This document shows positions 1 to 13,083 of a stretch of 64,000 nucleotides of DNA, in pieces. The stretch is from positions 5,270,001 through 5,334,000 of the forward strand of contig NW_024704762.1 of assembly GCF_018977255.1 (NCBI RefSeq). Reading direction: 5' to 3'. The notes below the pieces were generated by a model, which saw nothing but the letters and a program-made list of their open reading frames with translations, was not told the origin of the DNA and searched no databases. Source of the DNA: Callorhinchus milii (Eukaryota). A program made the translations under genes and the position numbers. Positions within the stretch are counted from its first letter, which is position 1; each line of letters opens with the position of its first letter.

Positions 1-3000
1 CAAGAGCACATTGCCAATACTCCAACCAACTGTGCTCTTCCTTTGATAATTCATGTATGCCTGGAAGAAAAGAATTAGTGAGACACCCACAAGATACACA
101 CAGCTAAAATCTAACCTTTTCAAGAAAAGTCTATTAAAGCTTTCCAAAAAATAGTGATTTTTACTATCTTCATGTTTGAGTGAGTTGTTTGAATTTTACA
201 GATGCTGATGAGCATTACAAACAGAAAGTATTGGAAAAATAGAAATCAAACAACCTGTTAAGTGCTTGTTCCTTCAAAGAAGCCATCTATCCTATCCTGA
301 ATTCCAATATGACAAAATAAGAAGCTTCTCCCAGTGTTTTAGCCAACAATCCTCCACAGGTTAACCAGGGATTGGAGTTTGTGGAACTTGCAGCACACAA
401 AACTGCTGCCACATTTGGCTAAAAAAAAAATCACTACATTTGATAGTAGTGGTGACATTTTGACATAAGCCACAAGTTTGCAGGTGGTGTTGCCATTGCT
501 CATTGCAAACTATGATTGGATATAGGACTGCAAGGCAGGACAAGAGGGCAAAAGTTCAGGGCAATTTTAGAACATATATCAGAATTATTTCTTTACACTT
601 AGGGTTATAAGCAACTCTTAACAGGCTACCAGAAAGGTTGAAACCACTTTGCTATCAAATCCAAATATCTGCTTACATCTAACATTATATCTCCCCGATG
701 TTCATCCCAGAGCTTTATATAAACTACATCTCTCTCCGATCCTTACCTGGGGGATGTATTTGATGAGTGTGACACCTAGTTTATGTAAGAGAAATAGTAA
801 AAGTATTGGAGCCATGTGAGTTCGCCAGCTATCGTCACAAACAAGGTGACAAGAGCGAACAACACACAGGCCACCAGCATTCCAATAGCGGCCTTCGACA
901 TTCTTGTACCCCTTTCTGTGTGCCAGAAGAACAGGAGAGATTCTGAGAATCTATCAACCACAAAATACATCGTCAATCCACTTCACAATATAGTTTTGGA
1001 GATGACTCAATGACATGATAAGGTGCAATATCAAATGCAAGGATTATTATTGTTATTGTTATTAACAACCAAGATTAAAGGATATCAACAATTCTCAGAT
1101 TTCAAAAGGAAAATGGAAGCCAGTACAGGAGAAATACCAAAAGGCAGACTAACCTCATAGATACAACACTGACAAGCTGTAATTGCTGTAAGCAAGATGG
1201 CGTGGAGGCTGAAGAAAACATCATTCGCATATACTGGGTCCACCCCATTCAGGTTATTTTCTAAAAACTGTTTCTAAGGAAAAAGGGAGCAACAGATTTA
1301 ACACATTAACTAAAATCTAAGCCATTTGGAATTATATCGAAGTCTTAAACCAGAACTCAGTCACTTCAATTATAATCACACCGGATATAAGGTTTAATAT
1401 ATTATATTATATATTCGGCTCTGCACAAATTCACCTGCGGTGTCCTCGAGGAAGCCTGAGCTCAACACAGCAAATCATTTAAATCCCTGAAAGTTGTCTT
1501 TTTGGAATTGTAGATCTAACTCATTCACTGTAATCAGTTAGATAGATGGCTGTTACACAATGAACTCTACATTCATTTGGACATTCATTGGACATGACTT
1601 TCAGAAAATGACAACAATGCAAAACATGATAACTTTGATTCAGATTGAATCGATTAAATAAACAGGTTTACAGAAACACTCTGCTTCTCGTTTGGCAGAT
1701 AATTCTGTCTTTTGAAATCACAGTCTTAGGGTTTACTATGAACTTTGTGCTTTATGGATACTATAATCGGACTGAATTGAGTGACCGTCCTGGGATGGGT
1801 CAGTTTACTATTAATTTAATATAACTCAAAACGCTTCACTAGTAATCACTGTATAGTGTAAGGACTGTACTTGTAGGCAGACACCGCAGCCAATTTGTGC
1901 ACAGCCAAGCCCCACAAACTGCCAAATTATCTGGAGGGTTGTAGGCCGGCCAGGACAAACTCTTCTTTTTGAATTGTGTCAATGGATCATTAATATCCAC
2001 CTGAACAGACAGTTGGAACCTTGGTTTGACGTCTCATTTGAAAGACGGCACCTCTGACAATGCAGCGCTGCTCCCAACTGGAGGATCAGCCTAGACGGTG
2101 GGCTTAAAGTCCCAATTTCACTTCCACTTCAGAGCCTGAAAGCAGAAGTGAAATGCAGCTGCAATACCGGGTAAAAAAAAAGTTAGATCACATGAACACA
2201 AGGTTATAAGGTGCTTGCTGACTGCAATTAAATTCCAAAAAAAAATTGAAGCCGCAACCAGATTCCCCCAAGAAAGAAACCTTACATCGGAAAGAGGAAC
2301 CACTGCTTAAAATAGTCAGATCAACACGTCTATCCATACACAAAGAATTAAAGGGAAAAACCAAAGGATAGTCTCCACTCTTTGAGGCATACTGTCCCAA
2401 TATTACCTTTCCATTTCCCTATTTGACCTGGAAAATGTAATGAACAGTCAGGACTTTTCCCATCCTGATTACATTGTTCCAGGAAAAATAGGGAAGTGGA
2501 AAAGGTTTTTGCCCCTTAAAGGAAAAGGCCACTTTTTTTTCAAAATAGCAGATTTGATTTACTGGTATGTGGTTGATGCGGAATGAGCAGGGTATATACA
2601 GCTAATTGTTGAAACCAAGTGTGTGTAACATGCAAGATAACAACTTCACCTGAAAATTACCAGCAAATACAACCAAGCAGAGTTCTAACACACCTAAAGC
2701 AGCAACTAGTGAAGATCAACTACAAATTGACAGCATCATTAACCACATCACCGAGGCTAACATCAATTTGACGTTACCAATCCCGCTGCCTAGACTGTGA
2801 CTAAGAAGTGACTGTTCTATGCTGCCTTTCGTGGCCTGCCACTCCTTCTTTCTGTCGACTTTATACTTTCACTTGATTGACACCTTTAGGTACAAGACCT
2901 TTAGTAAATGTAAATTTCCCTCTCCCATCAACTTAATTAAAATAACAATTTTTCTCTTGACCATTTTTCCTTGTTCTGTTATTTATGAGCAAAACTGGCT

Positions 3001-3489
3001 CAAAGGTTCCATTTATGTATAAAGCCCACAATGTCATTGTGCTAATTATTCAAAGACATAGCGTCATTTTCATTCCAGTTGAAACCTTTTTGGTCATTGG
3101 GTGAAGGCAATGGGAAATACACTACTGAAACAGGGTGGGTCCAAGCAATTTTGGCAATAGGAAAACCAAATTATCTTCATGTCCGGTTACCGCTAACAAA
3201 CACTTAATAAAAAAAACAACAAAAGTTCAATGAAAACATGACATGGAGCTCCTCCCAACTAATCTGTGAGAACCTAATTTCTGGTGATTATTGTAACAAT
3301 CCCATTTCAGTGGTTTGACTACCTGTCCTTTACGAAATGGTGAAGAAGGAAGATCAAGATTCACTCCCACTTACTAAACAAGCTGAAGTGATCTTCATAA
3401 TAGTTACCTTAATATATGGAATCCAGAAAAGGCCAATGTTAAAAACGCCATAGGCTGTATGACCCATCAGATTAAGTGCCAGGTAGTCA
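1..3489 (-). pseudogene. CTNS: Partial duplicate of CTNS (exons 8-11), frameshifted; probably an assembly false duplication
   Basis: Matches 14089-17578 almost base for base. Exon copies: 1-60 (partial), 747-915 (169 nt versus 171; two 1-bp deletions near 783 and 900), 1154-1273, and 3408-3489 (cut by the gap). Confidence 0.8.
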
Positions 3490-3514
3490 NNNNNNNNNNN
3501 NNNNNNNNNNNNNN
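3490..3514. other. Assembly gap (25 N)
   Basis: Run of 25 N interrupting the duplicated CTNS exon. Confidence 1.
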
Positions 3515-3702
3515 GGGAGAGGCCGAGGGAGAGGGGGGGGGAGAGGCCGAGGGCTGAGGGGGGAGAGGCCGAGGGTTGAGGGGGAGAGAGGCTGAGGAGA
3601 GGCCGAGGGCTGAGGGCTGAGGGGGGGGAGGCCGAGGGCTGAGGGCTGAGGGGGAGGAGGCCGAGGGGAGAGGGGGGGAGAGGCCATGGGCTGAGGGCTG
3701 AG
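3515..3702. repeat. G-rich minisatellite (GGGGGAGAGGCCGAGGGCTGA-like units)
   Basis: Degenerate tandem units immediately after the gap. Confidence 0.9.
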
Positions 3703-3715
3703 ATCTCCCACCACC

Positions 3716-4038
3716 AATAATAATAATAATCCTTGCATTTGATATAGCGCTTTTCACCTCGGGAGGACGTCCCAAAGCGCTTCACAGAACACACTGTAAA
3801 GTGAATTGATTGTATATTTGTGGGCGAACGCAGCAGCCAATCGCGCACAGCAATGACCCACAAACAGTCGTAGATTGAGAATGACCAATTTTTATTATTG
3901 TTTTTGGGTTTGGAGGGATTATTATTAGGCTCTGTGTGGAGTAAGGAAACTTGTCCAAGGTTTCGCCCTCTGCCTGGAATTGGACTCAGGTCTCTCACTT
4001 GCAAAGCGAGTGCTCTAACCACTGAGCTACAGGACTCC
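3716..4038 (-). mobile_element. tRNA-Ala-headed SINE, full length (short subfamily)
   Basis: Reverse complement starts GGAGTCCTGTAGCTCAGTGGTTAGAGCACTCGCTTTGCAAG (A box, tRNA-like head), followed by a Deu-like segment and an L2-like tail ending (ATT)n. Confidence 0.9.
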
Positions 4039-7000
4039 ACGGTAGTGGATCAACCAACGGAGACGTTTCTATCCATAGTTTAAGCTGCGTTAAACAGGCA
4101 AGATCATTTCTCGGGAAACACATGGATTCTATAATGCATTGGTAGCTTAATCAATGTGTCAGTCTGTTACCTGTGTGGTCATTTCTATGATCCTATAAAT
4201 GTTATAATAATCCACTGTATTGTTTGTATGGAGTATGATTACCACCATGTGGTGAATAGTCATATGTCACCTCGCGCTGTTGAAGAAACTCTCTTTTTCA
4301 AATAGTGCCCTGGGATCTTTAATGTCTACCCGAACAGGTAAAACTGATGTCTCCCAGTGGCATTAGCAACAATGCTCCCAAGTAAATCAATCTGGATAAA
4401 GACCTCGAGGCTTTCTGTGGGGTTTTACCGTGTGCAAAAAAGCTGCATTGACAGCAATTGCTTGTGAAACAGATTGAGGTGATTTCACAATAAAGAATTA
4501 GGTACTTTCTTGTGGTTCAATGCTGCAGCGCAATGTATTATACTGTCAACGATGTCATCATTCACCACATGATTGCAGTGATGCTCAATGCAAAGAAACT
4601 ATTAACCTGTTGCAAAACCACCTCTGTTGCCAAACTGCCGGCAGCGAAGACCTCCCTCTTAACAGCAGACAAGAGTGGTGGGGCGGACAGTGTTATCTGA
4701 AGGTTGACTTTCATATGTATGTTGTTGACACCCAAATCTATACACTGCACTACAATCCTCGCATTTCCTACATCACCTTTCCCATCAGGAGGACATCTCA
4801 GAGCACTTCACACGATTTAAAGTGTAGTAACTGTGTACTTTGTACGCAACCATCACAGCCAATTTGGTCAGAGCATGTCCCGCAAGTAGCCATGGAGCGA
4901 ATAATCAACTTTTCCAGGGAGATTATTTTCCCGGACACCAGAAGAAACTCTCTTTTTCGAATAGTGCCCTGGGATCTTTAATGTCCACCTGAACAGGTAA
5001 AACTGATGTCTCATCTGAAGGAGGCACCTCCAACAATGTGACACACCTCCCAGGACTGTAATGGCTGCTCACACAATATACAGTCAATTCACTTTACAGT
5101 ATATTCTGTAAAGCACTTCGACATGCCTTGAAGATATGTTAAGGCGCTATATCAAGTGCAAAGATTATTATTCCTTATACAGACATGAGTTCAAAGACCC
5201 TGCGTGAACTTTCTACCTATCTCCACCCTTCACTCCAGGTTTCGTTCTGACCAACAGCAACAGTTAGACAAGAGACCTGGATCAGCCTGAACTTTGTTCA
5301 GCTAAATGTGAACAAGACATACCTCTTCATACATGCCTTTAATCAACTCCCTCCTGTCTACCTACTCCCCTGCTTGTGTTTCCATTATCTCTTAAAGCAC
5401 TTTGAGGCATTATCCTACATGAAAAGTGCTACATCAGCACTACAAATGGTTGTTTTGTTGTGTTGCATGACAACTCAGGGACAAACACTTGTGAATAAAT
5501 CATATAAAGTTCACAGTGGAGGTGGAGGAGTTGGGTGTGTGCGCAGTGTGTATGTGACCTATACCTGCAGCTGAGAGAGAGAGAGTGTGGGGGAGCTGAC
5601 ACTAGGCTTGCTGTGAGCAGGTTTGTTGAGGTGTTTGAAGTTTTAATGCAGAACATAAATCTCTCTGACCAATTTGTAGAAACAATGACTGAATGACTAA
5701 AGGCTTAAGTTCTTTAAGTACTTGATCACTGATACATTTCTAGGGTCTGTACTCAATCAGACATCCTGGCTTTGGAGAAGACACAACCGACTAATGCACA
5801 GGATTCAGCACTTAAAACCTGGAGAGTTGCAGGAAATGTTTAAAGATGAAGGGGGTGAACTAATTGAATACTTGTGAATCCAAAATATGAGAGGACACAC
5901 ACACACCTTAGTGTAAAGCCTTTCCTCCTCTATCCTTGGTGACCCAAAGGAAAAGAGAGCTTTTTATTGAGAGTAGTTGGTGTAGTGTTTCTTTACAATG
6001 ACAAACTTCATCATTACTTTCCACATAATCAACAGGCGCTTCGCATCTCAAGTCAAATTAATATTAGTCTTAGATTTTAAAAAAAAATGCAAAAGCATCA
6101 TTGATACACAGGATAAACAAAACCATCAGTAAAAACCTCTGTGAAACAACTGGTTACATCACGTGCACTTGCAATCATCCGCCCATAAAAAAGTTCAGTA
6201 TTAAAAAAGGAAAGCATTGGTACTGGTTCACAGTAAGTTACCGAAGAAATCATTGCTGAAGGGAAGCCAGTCTCAAGAGTGCAGAGCTCACCAGGACCCA
6301 CCTTGTAAAGGCTGGAGGTGCAACAGCCAGCGATTCATCACGTACGTGGGAGCAAGAGTCAGAGGGTTACAATCCAACAACTTGTTACCGTGCTGAGATT
6401 CCATGGGGGAAACTAACAGCGCTTTCCTACTTGTCACTCCCAATCAAGGGTAGGTTTGACACTCACCCCACTGTTAAGAGAGGGGGGTGGGGGGGGGGTC
6501 ACAGAAGGGAGCGGCTGGCTGTTTGGAACACTGGATTTTAACACTGGATCAATCTCTATTTCCCAAACATTCACCAAACTAGGTCAACGCATGACTGACC
6601 AATTCTCTTCAAAATAGTGGGTTTGATAAGGGCTTGTTGCTGCTTCATGCGCACTTCAGTGAGGCCATTCCCTCCACACAAAGGCACGTGGTCAGTTGTT
6701 TTTTTTTGGCTAGTTAAATTCAAGCTGGTCCACTTGAGGGAAAGGAATAAAGGCACTTTTATAGACCGTGGAGTGAGTGCTACACCCAGCATTCAAGGTT
6801 TATAACTGCAAAGTACCTCTGTAATACAGAATAAAATTAACATAATGTACACAATATAACAGGATTATCTTTAGTGAGGAATAAATGCGTCCAAAAGCTT
6901 TTTTTAAACTGTAATGACAGAAGTGAATAAATGTGAATGAAATGCCCATACCATGTGCAAAAGGCACAGAGTTCGATTAAATAGATCTACAAAAAATAGT

Positions 7001-7729
7001 TAGTCTCAAGTATAAAAGTACATTCCGGAAGAGAGAAAAAAATCACCAAAAACACTTCAAGATACGTGCATAGGTTGAGAATTTAGAGACGTACTGATAT
7101 AGATTGCTTTGGTTCAAGCTAGCTTTTCAAACAAATCAACCATTTTACAAAACATCGTCACTTTTTGCCCGAGTCGGTTCCTCGGCTATTTTCCAGCTTC
7201 ATTAGGTTTCATTACGCTGTCACGTTCTTTAGTCCGCAGAAATAAACTATTGCATCTTTGCTCATTTTTGGCACAGGGCTAACTCCGTTGAACTCACAAT
7301 TTAAAGAGCAATTTCTCCTCTTCCCTCTCTCCCCCTCCATTAACATGATCATTGAGCAGTGACTCATCCCCATAACCTATGAAATAAACAGTAGGCTATT
7401 GAAAAGAGGGTGCAATGCATAATTGATATGTGTTATCTTAAATACAGGAGACAACTCCTACATTAACCTTTGTCCTCGTGGTTCCGATAGCATTACCGTT
7501 CGTGTCAGTTCCAGGGCAGCAGAACGCCACAGAATTGCCACATTATATATTTATATATATTAAAAATTTCATAACAATTCTCAGTGACCCGTGCCCTGGT
7601 AACCAAGTAGTAAGAACCTTTTTCAAATGCCGCTGAATAACAGGGAGTTCAGCACTGCTTTAGAAATAAAAGAGAATAGCTGCTCTTTAATTTGTAGAGG
7701 CCAAGTAGTAGCTCAGTCCCAGAGCTTCG

Positions 7730-10205
7730 TCACTTCATTGCGTTCCTCACGGCGTCCTGCAGGGATTTACGCGTTACCAGAAGACGAACCACCTCTTCGG
7801 TCTTCTTAGTCAGACACTTTCTAGCCTCGTCGTGCGTTACCATAGTCATGTCCCAACCGTTCACCTGAAGAAAGCACAAAACCAGGCATTTGCCCTTAAA
7901 ATATACAGTCAATTCACTTTACAGTATTTTCTGTGAAGCGCCTTGAGATGCCTCAAAGACGTGATAAGACGCTATATCAAATGCAAGGATTATTATTATT
8001 ATTATTTGGACCCGAAATCAAACGATACAGTTTGAAACCAGGCTGAGCCGTTCCACATGTGAAAAAATTCCAGTTTCCCAAGGATTTGTCCACAACACGA
8101 GTCAATTGAGACACAGGTCACCAAAAGATACTGACAGAAATGAGAGATACTGCATCAATATCAAGAGCCTATTTATTTAAAAGCCATAACTGCTGTCTGT
8201 TTGAGCCAACTACAACACTGATGTCTGACGTTTCACATTCAGATACCCTGCTGACTAAGTCATTATTTTGTAAGAATCCAAGACCCTAGACTTTCCCCTT
8301 AGGACACAAGTCTAAGCAGACAATTGGTAAAATCTAGTTCTAGGTGCGGAAAGCAATCATTTAAGCCATACGGGATGATGGGCTTTATAACAAGAGGAAT
8401 GGAATATAAAAGGATGCTGCTCCAGTTTCAGCGCACTGGTCAAACTTTAAAATTTGAAGTATTGCACTCAGTGTTTGGCACCCAATCCTAGGAAGAAGCC
8501 TTGGAGAGCATCCAGTGATGATTCAGTAGATTAACATCTGGCTCTTAACTAGGAGTGGCTGAGAAGACTTGGATTATATTGGGACAGTGTGTGGGTGTAA
8601 GTGGAAACAGGCAAAGGAAGCAGTGACTATGGGGAAAGAGACCAACAAAGTTTAAAGAGAGGCAAAGATAATGTGAAGATCAGGTAAGAGAGCAAAGAAA
8701 GTGGCTTAGCGTAAGAGCATGAACAACAGGTTGTTGGACTGGAGGAAAATTAACCCAGGGCACAATTAAGATTTTTTTTTGCCAGCATTAGACATCCTCA
8801 TGGGAGCCTGATGCAGATAAGCGTACACGGACAGAGATAGTCCTCGTACAAATACACAGCATTCTACTATATATGTACATACGCACACACACACACACAG
8901 GGGTGTTGATGGTAAATTAAACTAACCTGCATTATCTTGTCTCCAATCTGGAGACCCGCTACTTCGGCTGGTCCACCCTCGCTCACTCTGGTTACGTACA
9001 CACCCTGTTAAAAAGAAAGCGCCACAGGCTGTCATAGTGCCAATTCCACTGCAGAGGTTAATGGAAACATTTCAGTTTACAAGGGGGTGCACTAAAAGTC
9101 AAAAGGCCAAACAAGGCTTCAGCCCCAGTGCTCGTCGATAATAATATTTGCATTTGCTTTCAAGAGCATTTTCCATCACAGGAGGTCGTCTCAAAGCACT
9201 TCACGGGGTTTACTGTAAAGTCTGGTGACTGTGCACCGTGTGGCAGTAGCGACAGATCAAATTAAAAGCATTACCAACAACTATTAAATCCAAGCAGAGC
9301 AAATGACCATATTACATGGATAAGATACCCGAAAGAGAGTCCAGTTTGCGGAATATAAAGTGGAGTAGAGATAAACTCTGTAAACCAGAAGCAACTGATT
9401 TGGAAGTTCAGTTAATGCACAACAAGATAAATCAACGATGAGATTGAGTTTTACACCGCACATATAACCAAATACTCCACAAACTCTTTCGGACACCGCT
9501 TTGTTTGCACGTCTCACTGGTGATTATCGTGTAAAGAGAAAAGTTATTCTAAGCACGGGTTAGTGAACCAAACACACAGATATACAAATCAGGATGCACT
9601 ACGTTAAGAAAACCATAAAACGATCAAAAAGCTTTCCCCAACTTTGCAATTCCTTTATACCTTACATTTCCATTTCTTTGGGGCTACCAGAAAACTATGC
9701 TTTCGTAGGGCAACTGCAAGACTGCATGGACAGCGGAAGGGAACTAGGTACAAGCAGATGGCTTTATATAATACACCCAGGTGGCTTTATATAGTACACA
9801 CAAAATGCAATCACTATATACAGCCACAGACAATCCAGATCCAGTGACTGGTTGATAAAGACCAGATGATGTTGCATTGCTGGTGAGACAAAAGGCTGTG
9901 ATTAACCACTCACCCACCCCCTCCAATGGCCACTAACTCTTGTCATTCATGAGCCAATTCTGACCAAGAACAAGTTTTCAATCTTGTGTGTTTATGTACG
10001 ACGAGGCTATTGGAAGAGCTACCATTTCACACACTTTGCAGACTTCAACGATTGCTCTGTGCAGAGAAAGCTTGTTCCCACTCACCTTGTCAGTTTTATC
10101 AGCTGAAAAGGGGTTTTGAGCTGGGTCCTGGTCAATCCCACCTCCAATACTAAATCCCAGGATCAGGCTCGGGCCTTGACGCAGTTTCTGAATTTCAATG
10201 CGTTC
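7730..10205 (-). CDS. TAX1BP3: Tax1-binding protein 3 (TIP-1, single PDZ domain), exons 2-4; first coding exon not located
   Basis: Exons 10205-10086 (ERIEIQKLRQGPSLILGFSIGGGIDQDPAQNPFSADKTDK), 9004-8927 (GVYVTRVSEGGPAEVAGLQIGDKIMQ) and 7864-7730 (VNGWDMTMVTHDEARKCLTKKTEEVVRLLVTRKSLQDAVRNAMK*). All are GT-AG and phase 0, with the ILGF carboxylate loop of TIP-1. Confidence 0.95.
8340..8550 (+). mobile_element. CR1 LINE ORF2 remnant
   Basis: Degenerate 3' RT-region sequence (…gagtattgcactcagtgtttggcaccc…gccttggagagcatccag-like) typical of CR1; intronic. Confidence 0.55.
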
Positions 10206-11390
10206 CTGAAAGAAAGAGTTCAGAGTCAGGGCAAGAACAGTGAAAACACAAGGAAACAAGGACATGAATAGAGATCTCTCATCGGGGTGGAGTCACTATC
10301 TGCAGTCACTGACGTATCTTCGGTGTTTTAATTCAGCAGCCACCCAGGTACCCAGGTTCCCAACCCAGTGATTGTTCACAACAACAACAAGTTAGACTTG
10401 TATAGCGCTTTTCACGTCAGGTGGACATCCTTTGCCCTCCTGTATTATAGTGGCACAGTATGGGTCTGCTGTGAATAGAAAGCTCTGAAACCATCTTAAC
10501 CAAACATTCAGCCTCTCTAGCAAACGTTCCTGTTGGCAGCCAATTAAATAGCATCAACAGAGACGAGGCACAGAAAGCACATAATGTGCGAGAGGAATCT
10601 TCTCTGAAACAACATTCTATCCACTCCTCCTGCTTCTGTTGGCCGAACTGAGATTTCTTAACCTATTTAAAAAAGGGCATGTTATTTGACTTTATCCCCA
10701 ATCTGCTGGCACCACAACTCCTGTATTCGCTAAAGATATGCACCAGATGGGCCTATGATGGAAATTAAACATTATAAAGTCATTAAATATGATAATTTCC
10801 TAATCTGTAGCTATACTAATTATGCCCAGTGGAGGCTGAATGACACGTTAATAATGACACGTGCCTATGTGTCTGTCTGAAATGCTTGGAAATAGTTTTG
10901 TAATTTAGCTTCTGACCTCATATTATTTGTTTGCTTGTTCTCTGCTAAAGGCGTGACACTGTTTCTCTGCTGTGGAATATGAGTAAACAGGGGAGGAGAA
11001 ATGTCTTTGTGATTCACCAGCGATACCAGAGGTTTCAATGTTCTGTAAGAAAATAGGTAGAGGATAAGGAGTATTTCTGATATACCCATCCTTTTTGGTT
11101 GCAGAAAAATCACAGAATGTTGTCAAAGGCTTTGAGTGATTCTTTAAATATCTAGGAGTTGGATATTAACTTGGTGGTGTCAAACAGGCTCTGTACCATC
11201 TTACATATAACTTTGATTCAGATTTATCAGTCAGTTAATAAATTAGCTTGTGCAAACAGAATTCGTTAATTACCTTTCTGGACACCGGCCAACAATCTTG
11301 TTTATCGCTGATCAGCTCTCCCCTGCTCTTTCTTCCTTTATAGCACTGCAAAAAATGCGCACCCACTTTACACCTTTACAGTGAATCCAT

Positions 11391-11718
11391 GGAGTCCTGT
11401 AGCTCAGTGGTTAGAGCACTCGCTTTGCAAGTGAGAAACCTGAGTTCATTTCCAGGCAGGTCAGGGCGAAACCTTGGGCAAGTTTCCTTACTCCACACAG
11501 AGCCTAATAATAATCCCTCCAAAACAAAACAATAATTAAATTGGTCATTTTCAATCTACGACTGTTTGTGAGACATTGTTGTGAGCAATTGGCTGCCGCG
11601 TTCGCCCACAAATATACAGTCAATTCACTTTACAGTGTGTTCTACGAAGCGCTTTGGGACGTCCTCCCAACGTGAAAAGCGCTATATCAAATGTAAGGAT
11701 TATTATTATTATTATTAT
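11391..11718 (+). mobile_element. tRNA-Ala-headed SINE, full length (short subfamily)
   Basis: GGAGTCCTGTAGCTCAGTGG head, CCTTGGGCAAG segment, Deu-like segment, and AAGCGCTTTGGGACGTC…AAAGCGCTATATCAAATG tail with (ATT)n. Confidence 0.9.
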
Positions 11719-13083
11719 CCTGTGAAATACTTTTGAGACATCCTCCTGATATGAAGGGATTATTATTTTTGAGAAAAGCCAAGCCGTGGATTTTTCTTCT
11801 GTGACAAGTCAGTGCCTGTCTTAAACTGACTCTCTTTTCTCCCTCTGTTTCTGCATTTATTTTTGAGCCAAAGACTTGATTGATAAACCTCATGTGAATG
11901 AATCAGGTAATGCTCTCTTTGGTCAAGGGAAGCAAAACGTAGCTCCAATTCCATCCCCACGCTGTTTTGTTCATTACCTGAGCTCTTATTTTTATTTGGT
12001 GGGTCATCTATCTTTGGCTACGTGACACCTCGAGCTCAAACTTTGGATTCCAAGTAGCCGATAAGATTTCTTTTAATTGGGAGGACTGTTTGTGGGACAC
12101 TGCTGTGCACAATTGGCTGCCGCGTTTCACCCACAACATATGCAAATTTACAGTATATTCTGCAAAATGCTTTGAGACGTGTCGAAGACATGATAAGGCA
12201 CTATATCAGATGCAAGGATTATTATTATTATTATAGACTGAGTGACCAGGCTGGCTCAGACACTAATGGGTCACAAACATTTTAAGGAAACGGACACTGA
12301 AGCTGCCTGTCTGAGGGCTGGGAGAGGCTTTAAATCTCCGGCATATTTAACCCTGTTGCTCAGAGCCAGGAGCCTTGGACCGCTTGCAGTACGGGGACAT
12401 CTCGCTGGTTCCCTGCCCGACAAAGAAGCTCCCCTGCCGGGCAACCCTTATTCAAAGCACTTACGCTTTCAGGTTACCGATGATAAATGGCCAAGTAAAG
12501 AAACAGCAATTCAAAACCAGATGTTTTGTAAAGAGTTAGGAAAACCTTTAGACAAGACACCTACCCTTATAATGGCTTATCATTTGTTACAACATTCTTG
12601 ACATCACCTCAATTAATAGATTTCCATTCCAATACAGGATTAAAATAGATTAGCCATGTCTCATGTCTCTCACATTCTTGGAGTGGTTTATATGAAAAAA
12701 ATTCAATTGCATATCCAGGTCAGATCTTTTTATTGGCTATTTGTAGAAATGAAGGCAGCCTTGCATAGAGTAGAATTAACATTACAGTACATTGATCCAC
12801 TTCATTTTTTAAAAAAACATTTTGTTCCCTTGAGTCTCTTGGAATAAAAAAAATCTGTTCTGTAAAAAACACACCAGTCAGCATTATGGAGTGTTGAATA
12901 TTTGTGTGAAATACACCCTCTTCTGTTCAGACAGTCCATCCTGAATGGCTGCTGAGGTGTTAGTTATTTCACTGCAACCAACTTGCTCCAGTCAGTGAAG
13001 TAATTGAAGCCAATAAAATGTTGCCCAAACACATGATCTAGATCAGCGAGCAATTCCAATGTAGCCTTGAATAAGCCTCATTA

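Noticed and set aside
3354-4040. 228-aa ORF joining SINE, Pro/Ser repeat and a CTNS exon
   Set aside because: Spans the N gap; chimeric artefact.
11391-11465. tRNA-Ala gene
   Set aside because: It is the head of a multi-copy SINE; there is no proper acceptor stem or terminator, and it continues into the SINE body.
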